From IMG/VR virus record IMGVR_UViG_3300012078_000001, positions 1 to 64,000 of that record: a stretch of 64,000 nucleotides of DNA. The stretch is one strand, 5' to 3'. Every line of letters starts with the position of its first letter. Position 1 is the stretch's first letter. The notes below the pieces were generated by a model, which was not told where the DNA came from, searched no databases, and was given only the letters and a program-made list of their open reading frames with translations. This document shows, piece by piece, positions 36,381 through 43,412 of the stretch. The translations under genes were made by a program, and so were the position numbers. This DNA comes from a virus.

Positions 36381-36782
36381 TCACTCCATTTCTTGATTTT
36401 GAACGTAGGCTATAAGTTCATCAATAGCGTTACTACCTGCACCTATGAAATAACCTCTACCCCAACCTTGCCAGTTAGGGTTAATCCTACGCATTATTGG
36501 TGTCGTGCAGCCTTTAATATATCTAGCAATTTGCATAGGAGAGAGGGTAACGTCAGATTGAACTACAAGGTGTACATGATCTTTCTTTCTAATGCCACCT
36601 GCTTTTAGCTCTGTGTCTCCAACATTACCCTCTAAGATAGTAATAGGATATTTAGTTATTGCTTGGCGAATGTATCCTATAACTTCATCAGGAATATTCT
36701 CACGCCTATACTTTTTAGTGATTACAAAATGGTAAACTATACAACATACTGAATGATTATGGTGGATAGGTTTAATCTGCAT
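36381..36782 (-). CDS. tnpA: IS200/IS605-family Y1 (HUH) transposase homologue, orphan
   Basis: Aligns end to end with IS608-type TnpA by eye: YHFVITKKYRR, KDHVHLVV (HUH), C-terminal AYVQNQ catalytic Tyr; 133 aa. Confidence 0.8.
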   Translation of the reverse strand: MQIKPIHHNHSVCCIVYHFVITKKYRRENIPDEVIGYIRQAITKYPITILEGNVGDTELKAGGIRKKDHVHLVVQSDVTLSPMQIARYIKGCTTPIMRRINPNWQGWGRGYFIGAGSNAIDELIAYVQNQEME

Positions 36783-36792
36783 AGTTTCCTCC

Positions 36793-38538
36793 TTAATATA
36801 GATAGCCTATTTCTTTTGCAATCTTGGCTTGTGCCTGCATATGTGCTAGAGTGTTATCCTTAGTATCATATAGTAAATGTGCTAATTCATGTGATATTGT
36901 GTCACTTGCCCTTAGTATAAAGCGTAAATCCTCTAGGCTGATATGTTCGCTTGTCCAGTTTTTTACTGTAAAGTCACCTAATTTTAGACTTTTGCGATCT
37001 AGGTATATTTTACCTTGTGTACATACACCTTCAATAATATTATCTGGGGATTGTAACTCCTTATCATCGAACTGTGAAACTATCTTCATGGTAATGTTGC
37101 AAATATTAAATGTCTCGCCAATCTTATAATATTCCTCAATTCGACGAAGTAGGAATAATGCCCTTTTTTCTTTTAAGGTTCTTGTTCCAATATCAGTAAA
37201 TTTGTGTTGTTTCTTAATATTGTCAACAAGATAAGATATATGCGGCACACTGTATTCATTAAACACTCGTTCGTATAACTCATTGACAGCAATTATACCT
37301 TTAAATCCATAGTATTCCATATTAGTGATAGTCTCTTTACTAGCATTTAATTCGTTTGGACTTACCCAGAATAACTTATTAGATTTAGCAATAGATACAA
37401 TACTGTTTTTTCTTGCTCTAGGATTAATAGACTTTACTGCACTTAATACAGTGTTTTGGTTATAGTTTTCAGTAGGAGGGAAGGAGTGTTCAGTTTCATA
37501 GCTTTGTTCGTACATGTCTGTGTTGTAATTAAATATGTCTAGTTTTGGTTTAAGGACTTCGTCTTTAATTTTATTCTCTTTTGGGTTAATATATTCATCT
37601 TCATCATTGACATGAACTTTAAACATATCATCGTCAATTTCTAGTAAATCTTCGTATTCTTTTACATTAAGAATACTTGCAATGGGATGGGAAAATTCAT
37701 CAATTAAGTTATTGTCAGCAAGTTTAATAAATTCGCGGTATAATTTCTTAGTATCTTTTTCAAGCTGGTCTTTAAAGTTGCGATATTTTCCATCATTAAT
37801 AATCGCTTTGCGATCTGGCGCTTTTAAATTACCTGCATTTTGTTTTAATATGATATTGCCTGAGACACCTGTTAGCCACTCTTTGCATACTTCTCTGTTT
37901 TCATAGTAAACCATGCAATCATATCCCCATTCCAGAGGGGTTAAATATGCTGTATATAATTTATTATCAAAGGTTTTAATGAAATCTGTTGTTCCATCTA
38001 TATTTGATAAATCTTTCTTAAAAACGAGAGTATTATTAACATAACAATTCATAGGCAGTAATGACGCAGAGTATTTTAAGAAGTTTGTTATTTCTTCGAT
38101 ATTTTCCTCAATTTTTTCACCCTGTATAGTTACCTCAAAGCCTTGTGAATAGTCAGTTTCTTCTTTGTATGAATATGTTAAATTACGTTCTTGTAACATT
38201 TTAGCTACATTAAGATTAACTGACCATTTATGTGAGCGAACTTTGATAATGTCTGCTACTGTATAGACTGAGGTAAATCCTTCGCCAAACCCTTCGTTTG
38301 TACTGTCCCAAGCTGACCTATCTATAGTAAATAGTTCGTCTGGGTCTTTACAACCAACCCCATCATCAATAATTGTTAGGTAATTATCTTTAATGAAGCA
38401 ATGGATTGTCTTGGCTTTTGCACGTTGGCAGTTCTGGAGAAGTTCACTAACAACTGAGGTTATAGAATTATAGACTACACCTTGACGAATCTTGGCGAGC
38501 CTACTAACTACATCTGAGGTAATTTGTCTTGTATTCAT
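36793..38538 (-). CDS. GHKL (Bergerat-fold) ATPase fused to a C-terminal HExxH zincin-like motif
   Basis: ELLQNCQRA (N-box), DDGVGC, GFGEGFTS; SHELAHL at 36877-36894; the stop overlaps the RBS of tnpA. Confidence 0.7.
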   Translation of the reverse strand: MNTRQITSDVVSRLAKIRQGVVYNSITSVVSELLQNCQRAKAKTIHCFIKDNYLTIIDDGVGCKDPDELFTIDRSAWDSTNEGFGEGFTSVYTVADIIKVRSHKWSVNLNVAKMLQERNLTYSYKEETDYSQGFEVTIQGEKIEENIEEITNFLKYSASLLPMNCYVNNTLVFKKDLSNIDGTTDFIKTFDNKLYTAYLTPLEWGYDCMVYYENREVCKEWLTGVSGNIILKQNAGNLKAPDRKAIINDGKYRNFKDQLEKDTKKLYREFIKLADNNLIDEFSHPIASILNVKEYEDLLEIDDDMFKVHVNDEDEYINPKENKIKDEVLKPKLDIFNYNTDMYEQSYETEHSFPPTENYNQNTVLSAVKSINPRARKNSIVSIAKSNKLFWVSPNELNASKETITNMEYYGFKGIIAVNELYERVFNEYSVPHISYLVDNIKKQHKFTDIGTRTLKEKRALFLLRRIEEYYKIGETFNICNITMKIVSQFDDKELQSPDNIIEGVCTQGKIYLDRKSLKLGDFTVKNWTSEHISLEDLRFILRASDTISHELAHLLYDTKDNTLAHMQAQAKIAKEIGYLY

Positions 38539-38876
38539 TCTCTATCACTCCATCTAAATTGTTTGAAACTACACTCATCTACACGCCAGGGTATTTTATT
38601 AATTAGATAATTGAGCATTTCTACATGAGACATACCATCCCAGAAATCAACTGATTGGTCGAACGTAGACATATTTTTACGATAGAAAAAATCATAGACC
38701 TTGACAATTGATCGTGTAGGATTGTAGATGTATATTTCTAATCCGCAATAATCATATATTTGATTGAGTGTCAGAAGATAACCTGCATTAGAATTTTCTT
38801 CATCAAGCTTAATATAAAGTGTATCTGTAGTATCAGAATTATTATTTTTTAAAATACAATCTCTTGTAATTGGCAT
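38535..38876 (-). CDS. hypothetical protein (113 aa), first gene of the GHKL operon
   Basis: ATGA overlap with the GHKL gene; AAGGAGGAG RBS. Confidence 0.55.
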   Translation of the reverse strand: MPITRDCILKNNNSDTTDTLYIKLDEENSNAGYLLTLNQIYDYCGLEIYIYNPTRSIVKVYDFFYRKNMSTFDQSVDFWDGMSHVEMLNYLINKIPWRVDECSFKQFRWSDRE

Positions 38877-38960
38877 AAATTACTCCTCCTTGAATCTAGC
38901 TGCGCAGTAAAACTACAATTATTATATAGTAATTTTACCACGCATGTCAAAGATTAGTAA

Positions 38961-39089
38961 TTACATAGTTAGCGCAAAAGATAACACTTTTACAAATTTC
39001 TCTTTAGGTGCATTTAATGGGAGAATAAAAGAAACTCCCTTATATGTGTAAGTGATAGTGCTGTTCTTAATATCAAGTTTTACTCTCAT
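38961..39089 (-). CDS. 42-aa hypothetical protein
   Basis: AAAGGAG RBS 7 nt before ATG 39089; MRVKLDIKNSTITYTYKGVSFILPLNAPKEKF... Confidence 0.4.
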   Translation of the reverse strand: MRVKLDIKNSTITYTYKGVSFILPLNAPKEKFVKVLSFALTM

Positions 39090-39140
39090 ATTCGCCACTC
39101 CTTTTAATACAGTGGTAAGTGTTTGCCAGACACTTTCACC

Positions 39141-39599
39141 TTAGAATGAAATTTCTTCTTCGTCTGGTGTTTCGCTTGGTAATTCTAATCTATTCTGTGA
39201 AGTGTTCTGATTAGGACTGTCCATCACTACACAACTAGTAGCATTAATAAATAAATTAATACCATTCTTATATTCGCCTGTAGCTCTATCTGTAGATTCC
39301 CAAATGCGAGGACGAATATTATCTGTTGTTATAGCAACTAATCTACCTTTACTGAGTATTTTACCTACTCCTGACAACTTACCCCAACATGACACATCAA
39401 AGTCAACATCACCGCCAAAATCTTGAGATATACGAATAGGAAAGTTGGTTACATATTTAATGTTGGTGAGGTTAGGTCGATTAGTGTCTGTGACTTTTAC
39501 AGTTTTATTATCTTTGTTGACACCTACTTCCATTATAGTAGGATTAGTTAGTAAACGTCCTATTAGTGTTATTTGAATAAGGTTTTTAGCTTTTGACAT
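39141..39599 (-). CDS. ssb: single-stranded DNA-binding protein (OB fold, acidic tip)
   Basis: NLIQITLIGRLLTNP, SCWGKLSGVGKILSKGRLV, C-terminal PDEEEISF. Start moved to ATG 39599, behind AAGGAGG. Confidence 0.75.
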   Translation of the reverse strand: MSKAKNLIQITLIGRLLTNPTIMEVGVNKDNKTVKVTDTNRPNLTNIKYVTNFPIRISQDFGGDVDFDVSCWGKLSGVGKILSKGRLVAITTDNIRPRIWESTDRATGEYKNGINLFINATSCVVMDSPNQNTSQNRLELPSETPDEEEISF

Positions 39600-39654
39600 T
39601 GGATTACTCCTCCTTGTCCTCATAGGGACTAAAGTTATTATTAATTAATAAACA

Positions 39655-39665
39655 CTCCGCAGGAG
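39655..39665 (+). repeat. C-GNA-G mini-hairpin CTCCGCAGGAG
   Basis: 56 nt upstream of the ssb start; a second hairpin CTCCGC/GCGGAG lies at 39713-39730. Confidence 0.6.
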
Positions 39666-39742
39666 AATATATTTTAATAAGTATTGAATCTGCAAAATAC
39701 AATTTAATTTGACTCCGCAAGACTGCGGAGCGACAATAAAAC

Positions 39743-39776
39743 AAAAAAGGAGGGACTAGTTTAATAACTAGTCCCT
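39743..39776 (-). terminator. cassette terminator T1 (AGGGACTAGTT stem)
   Basis: 39751-39761 pairs with 39766-39776; T-run on the minus strand (39743-39749). Confidence 0.75.
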
Positions 39777-39836
39777 TATAATTAGTAGAATTTTATTTGC
39801 CCTCCTTATCTACCTTGTAGAATGCTATCCTAGTGC

Positions 39837-40034
39837 CTAATTCAGAGTCAAGATAATAGAGAGAAGCGTTAATACTTTTCTCCATGTACTCAATAGTTGT
39901 ATGGTTACATATGCCCCAAAACACCACCCATTAGCGATATGTCGAGGGTTTACTTTATTCCCAACTATATAACCTCTCCATTCCCCTTTGGCACGTATAG
40001 TAGCCTTTACCTGTGCTTTTGTGACTTTAATCAT
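39837..40034 (-). CDS. hypothetical small protein (possible frame problem)
   Basis: 65-aa ORF. The -1 frame stays open to TAA 39793-39795, next to T1. Confidence 0.4.
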   Translation of the reverse strand: MIKVTKAQVKATIRAKGEWRGYIVGNKVNPRHIANGWCFGAYVTIQLLSTWRKVLTLLSIILTLN

Positions 40035-40061
40035 TTATGTAATTCCCCCTAATTTTAATAT

Positions 40062-40098
40062 TAAAATAAAAAGAGACTAGTTTAAACACTAGTCTCTT
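40062..40098 (-). terminator. cassette terminator T2 (AAGAGACTAGT stem)
   Basis: 40071-40081 pairs with 40088-40098; overlaps the stop of the ORF at 40089. Confidence 0.8.
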
Positions 40099-40355
40099 TG
40101 TTGGGTAAGGTTTTTGTTGTTTTGTTTTATATCATACCTTACTAAGCCCTTTTTATAGTTATAATCTGTAACGCCGAAATCTAAAGCATCAACAACTGCG
40201 ACACTTATTCTATAGCCATTCGCTTTTTCTGTTGACCTTGCTCGTTCAATTGCTTCTGTCATAGAGCAGCCTGCACAATTTTTTAACCAATTACCATCAA
40301 CTGTCGAATCACTGTTTACATTTCCAACTACTAATAACGAATACCTTTTGTTCAT
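40089..40355 (-). CDS. hypothetical protein (88 aa)
   Basis: AGGAGG RBS; the stop codon lies inside the terminator stem. Confidence 0.55.
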   Translation of the reverse strand: MNKRYSLLVVGNVNSDSTVDGNWLKNCAGCSMTEAIERARSTEKANGYRISVAVVDALDFGVTDYNYKKGLVRYDIKQNNKNLTQQRD

Positions 40356-40375
40356 TAATCATTCCTCCTATATAA

Positions 40376-41017
40376 TTAATATTTGACACTTATGATTCTT
40401 TCGCGCTCATAGCCTTTTAACTTTCCTTCGGCAGCATGGCAGCGGATTTTTATATGCTCGTCGGTCATTTCCATAACAGATATGACCGAATATTTCTCAT
40501 TGCAAATCTTTTTAAATTCGGCATCGACAGTGTCATAGGCTGCTTTCCTGGCAGCGGTACGAGGTCTATTAACGACATGATCTTCCATGCAGTTATAGCG
40601 AGCAATACCTTCGCTGTCGCGCCCTGCATGTACTCTGTAATCCTCAAAATCGTCTAATACTTCTAAATCTGTAAAGCTGCAATCTAAATTTTCGTTAATC
40701 CACCTTAGAACGCTGTTCTTTCCATATGAAACTCTTCTAGTTTCTTCAAAGTAAATATCAATATACTTTTCGCTTTTTCCACCATAAGTTGATATAATAT
40801 CAGCGTATATATGCAATCCCCAATCATTATCTGGATTGTCTCTCTGTTCTATTTTTGTCTGTAAATGCTGTTTAAGGCATCTTTTAATTTCAAGATATAT
40901 CTTTTTGCCTTTATCGTTGGTAAATACTGTTCGGCATCTATAGTTACCGATGTCGCTATAAGGATGTATTTCATAGCTCATTCCTGCACCTTCCATAAGT
41001 AAAACACGTTGTTTCAT
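40376..41017 (-). CDS. hypothetical protein (213 aa)
   Basis: Start moved to ATG 41017, behind AGGAGGG and 1 nt after the upstream stop. Confidence 0.55.
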   Translation of the reverse strand: MKQRVLLMEGAGMSYEIHPYSDIGNYRCRTVFTNDKGKKIYLEIKRCLKQHLQTKIEQRDNPDNDWGLHIYADIISTYGGKSEKYIDIYFEETRRVSYGKNSVLRWINENLDCSFTDLEVLDDFEDYRVHAGRDSEGIARYNCMEDHVVNRPRTAARKAAYDTVDAEFKKICNEKYSVISVMEMTDEHIKIRCHAAEGKLKGYERERIISVKY

Positions 41018-41018
41018 A

Positions 41019-41339
41019 TTAATTACCCTCCTTAGTATTTTCCATATTAGGGCGAATATAGCTAGAATCTTCAAATTGATTGTCAGCTTTTAATATTGCT
41101 TTTTTCGCTAATTTACTATAGCGATATAGGTTATCGTAAGGATGATAAAACAAGCCTAAAATAAAACTACTATCAGGCTTTAAGCTTGCCCATCCTCCAA
41201 TTTGTTCGCCATAATATTTTTGTCCTTCTTTGACAATTTCTATTTTATCGCCAAAAGTCAATATTGCTTCACCATTAATTAATACTTGTGCTTCACCTTG
41301 TGTTACACTATGTCGAATCCGTTTTACCTCAATAATCAT
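41019..41339 (-). CDS. hypothetical protein (106 aa)
   Basis: GGAGG RBS; coupled to the next gene. Confidence 0.55.
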   Translation of the reverse strand: MIIEVKRIRHSVTQGEAQVLINGEAILTFGDKIEIVKEGQKYYGEQIGGWASLKPDSSFILGLFYHPYDNLYRYSKLAKKAILKADNQFEDSSYIRPNMENTKEGN

Positions 41340-41371
41340 TTGCTATTCCTCCAGTTATTAATTTTAAAAAT

Positions 41372-41400
41372 AAAAAGAGACTAGTTAATTACTAATCTCT
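41372..41400 (-). terminator. cassette terminator T3 (AGAGACTAGT stem, 1 mismatch)
   Basis: 41376-41385 pairs with 41391-41400; preceded by an A-run on the plus strand. Confidence 0.7.
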
Positions 41401-41894
41401 TTGTTGCTATTGATTATTTCCGCTAACTCTGTCATATGTGACGCAAGCAAATTGTCAAATTCATATTGTTTTCTCTGTGCAAACATTAATGCTTCTTCCT
41501 TAGTTTTGAAAATTATAGTTTCAGGCTTAAATATTTTATCCATAAAATAGGAATTGCTACAATAATTATAATTGTCGTTTGCGTTAACGAAAACCTCATA
41601 TTTATCACGCTTCTTATTTGGTCTATCTTTTACTACTATTTTTATAGAGTGTTTTGGTGTATCAAATCTATATGCAATCCATAGATTATGACCATATGCG
41701 GTATCTTCTTTAATTTTCCATGTTGGAACACTTGTATAGTATTTTTGAATACTTTTAAGGTATTCTATTTCCTTTTGTATTTCATCTCTTTTACTGTTGA
41801 CCTTTTGTTTAGCTTCTTCTAATTCCCAAGTTTCATCATATAGTTTGTTGTCTACTTCTTTTAGTTCTTTAATTCTGTTTTCTAGTTTAGTCAT
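41385..41894 (-). CDS. hypothetical protein with an N-terminal coiled coil (169 aa)
   Basis: Start moved to ATG 41894, behind GGAGGAG. Confidence 0.55.
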   Translation of the reverse strand: MTKLENRIKELKEVDNKLYDETWELEEAKQKVNSKRDEIQKEIEYLKSIQKYYTSVPTWKIKEDTAYGHNLWIAYRFDTPKHSIKIVVKDRPNKKRDKYEVFVNANDNYNYCSNSYFMDKIFKPETIIFKTKEEALMFAQRKQYEFDNLLASHMTELAEIINSNKEISN

Positions 41895-41944
41895 TTTAAA
41901 CTCCTCCAATTATAAATTTGAAATATAAATACCGCGATAGCGGA

Positions 41945-41977
41945 AAAAAAAAGAGACTAGCTCGTTACTAGTCTCTT
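41945..41977 (-). terminator. cassette terminator T4 (AAGAGACTAG stem)
   Basis: 41951-41960 pairs with 41968-41977; A9 run on the plus strand. Confidence 0.8.
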
Positions 41978-41991
41978 GATCATTTATATAG

Positions 41992-42366
41992 TTAAATAAT
42001 TTCTTTAATTTTTGCCCTTCGGATAAATTCAATTTCAGCAGCATTATGAGCGCAATCTGCCGATAAATTACGAATCGCTATTTTCTGGATTGTTTGTTCT
42101 TTCTCAACACTCTCAGCAAGTCGATATGATTTTTCACAAAGTTCAAGTATAGCTTGATCTGCTTCTTTAAGGTTACGAATTTCATTTTTAAGATCACGAA
42201 TATCTTCTTTAAGTTCAGTTTTCATGGAACTTATCTCGGTTTTAATGGAACTCATCTCAGTTTTAATGGAACTTATCTCAGTTTTCATATCTGATTTTAT
42301 AGAAGCTATATCTGATTCCATACTTACTAATTTTGTAAATATTTTATCTAACAGTTCTTCGCTCAT
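41992..42366 (-). CDS. coiled-coil paralogue A (7-aa repeat protein)
   Basis: MSEELLDKIFTKLVSMESDIASIKSDMKTEISSIKTEMSSIKTEISSMK...; 21-nt DNA repeats at 42212-42295. Confidence 0.55.
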   Translation of the reverse strand: MSEELLDKIFTKLVSMESDIASIKSDMKTEISSIKTEMSSIKTEISSMKTELKEDIRDLKNEIRNLKEADQAILELCEKSYRLAESVEKEQTIQKIAIRNLSADCAHNAAEIEFIRRAKIKEII

Positions 42367-42371
42367 ATGAA

Positions 42372-42749
42372 TCACTCCTCATTATTTATTATATCATAGT
42401 TTTGAATGGTTTGACTTGGCTCTTTAGGTTTTGAGTCAAGCATTATTATATTATTAACATTGATATAATTATTGATTCCTGACTTATTGTTTGCGTTCCA
42501 TGTTTTCTGTGAAAAATCACTTGATGTAACACACACTAAGCGTCCAATTGATAGGTTTTTAACAGCTACTTCTGCTAATTGATTCCACGCAGCACATTCA
42601 AATGATATAGTTTCTTTAGTACCATTTGTACTCCTGTTAGTCAGTATGCGAAAATTTGTCACCTGACTGTTTTTATTATTTCTAAAAGTTGGTTCATTAG
42701 CTACCCTTCCAATAACTGTAAGTTGTACCATTTGCATCCTTATTGACAT
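42372..42749 (-). CDS. SSB-like OB-fold protein lacking the acidic tip
   Basis: VQLTVIGRVANEPTFR, ECAAWNQLAEVAVKNLSIGRLV; start uncertain (ATG 42749 or 42731). Confidence 0.6.
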   Translation of the reverse strand: MSIRMQMVQLTVIGRVANEPTFRNNKNSQVTNFRILTNRSTNGTKETISFECAAWNQLAEVAVKNLSIGRLVCVTSSDFSQKTWNANNKSGINNYINVNNIIMLDSKPKEPSQTIQNYDIINNEE

Positions 42750-42792
42750 GTGTGTGATCTACTCCTTTTAGCTTAAATTTAAAAAAAAAATC

Positions 42793-42803
42793 CTACGAAG
42801 TAG
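42793..42803 (+). repeat. C-GNA-G mini-hairpin CTACGAAGTAG
   Basis: About 45 nt upstream of the SSB-like gene; followed by AAAATA. Confidence 0.55.
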
Positions 42804-42869
42804 AAAATAGACATAATTAGTCGCTCATAAGCAGGAAATTTTAACTAGTTGTCGAATACTCTATAAAAA

Positions 42870-43070
42870 TAAATATGGTCTACCAGGACGGTAATCCTGG
42901 TAGACCTACCTGTTGACTGTAAGACGCAGCCAGCAAGTTACCTGTTGACTGAAACAAGCAGCCAACAAGCTTGGATATACATTTGTATATTATTATATAT
43001 AAGTGTATTCGATTTTGCAAGTCAAAATCCTGCTTTTAACAGTTAACAGGCACAGAATTTTTCTGTGTCT
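42870..43070. ncRNA. sRNA module copy 1 (overlapping divergent promoters, two terminators)
   Basis: Minus-strand TTGCAA (43015-43020), 17 nt, TATAAT (42992-42997) leading to terminator GGTCTACCAGG/CCTGGTAGACC 42877-42906. Plus-strand TTGGAT, 17 nt, TATATA leading to hairpin 43041-43057 and a T-run. Confidence 0.5.
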
Positions 43071-43075
43071 GTTTT

Positions 43076-43119
43076 TAATTAAAAAGTGTTTGTAAAAGTG
43101 TTTGTAAAGTAATAAGAGA
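43076..43119. promoter_or_regulatory. GTGTTTGTAAA(A/G) repeat cluster, left
   Basis: Direct copies at 43076-43087 and 43088-43099; inverted AACAAACAC at 43111-43119. Confidence 0.5.
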
Positions 43120-43179
43120 TAACAAACACATTGACTAGTGAAACTTACATATTTATCACGTTGAATAATCCCATAAAAA

Positions 43180-43380
43180 GAGAAAAGGTCTACCAGGATT
43201 AGCCGTCCCGATAGACCTACCTGTTGGCCTGTCCACACTAACAGACAACAGCTTGCACACGCGCGCACACTTAAAAGATCGAATACATATTAAATTATAC
43301 TTTATTGTGTTCGACATTGCAAGCTGAATTCCTGCTAGTGACAGCCAACAGGCATAGATTTTTTTCTATGTCTCTTTTAA
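43180..43380. ncRNA. sRNA module copy 2 / rep leader with attenuator-like hairpin
   Basis: Minus-strand TTGCAA (43317-43322), 17 nt, TATAAT (43294-43299) leading to a degenerate GGTCTACC hairpin 43187-43217. Plus-strand hairpin CATAGA/TCTATG 43353-43370 with a T-tract lies 35 nt before the rep RBS. Confidence 0.5.
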
Positions 43381-43412
43381 TTTCTTGAAAATTAAAAGGA
43401 GTTGGAGAAATT

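Noticed and set aside
36223-36795. An intact, mobile IS200 copy
   Set aside because: tnpA starts 10 nt after the GHKL stop and shares its RBS with that stop. There is no room for a left end, and I saw no flanking sub-terminal hairpin pair or target duplication. I treat it as a domesticated or operon-embedded gene pending comparison with relatives.
42993-43268. 91-aa minus-strand ORF upstream of repA
   Set aside because: It spans the two sRNA/promoter modules and the GTGTTTGTAAA repeats. It is Cys/Leu-rich nonsense with no RBS.
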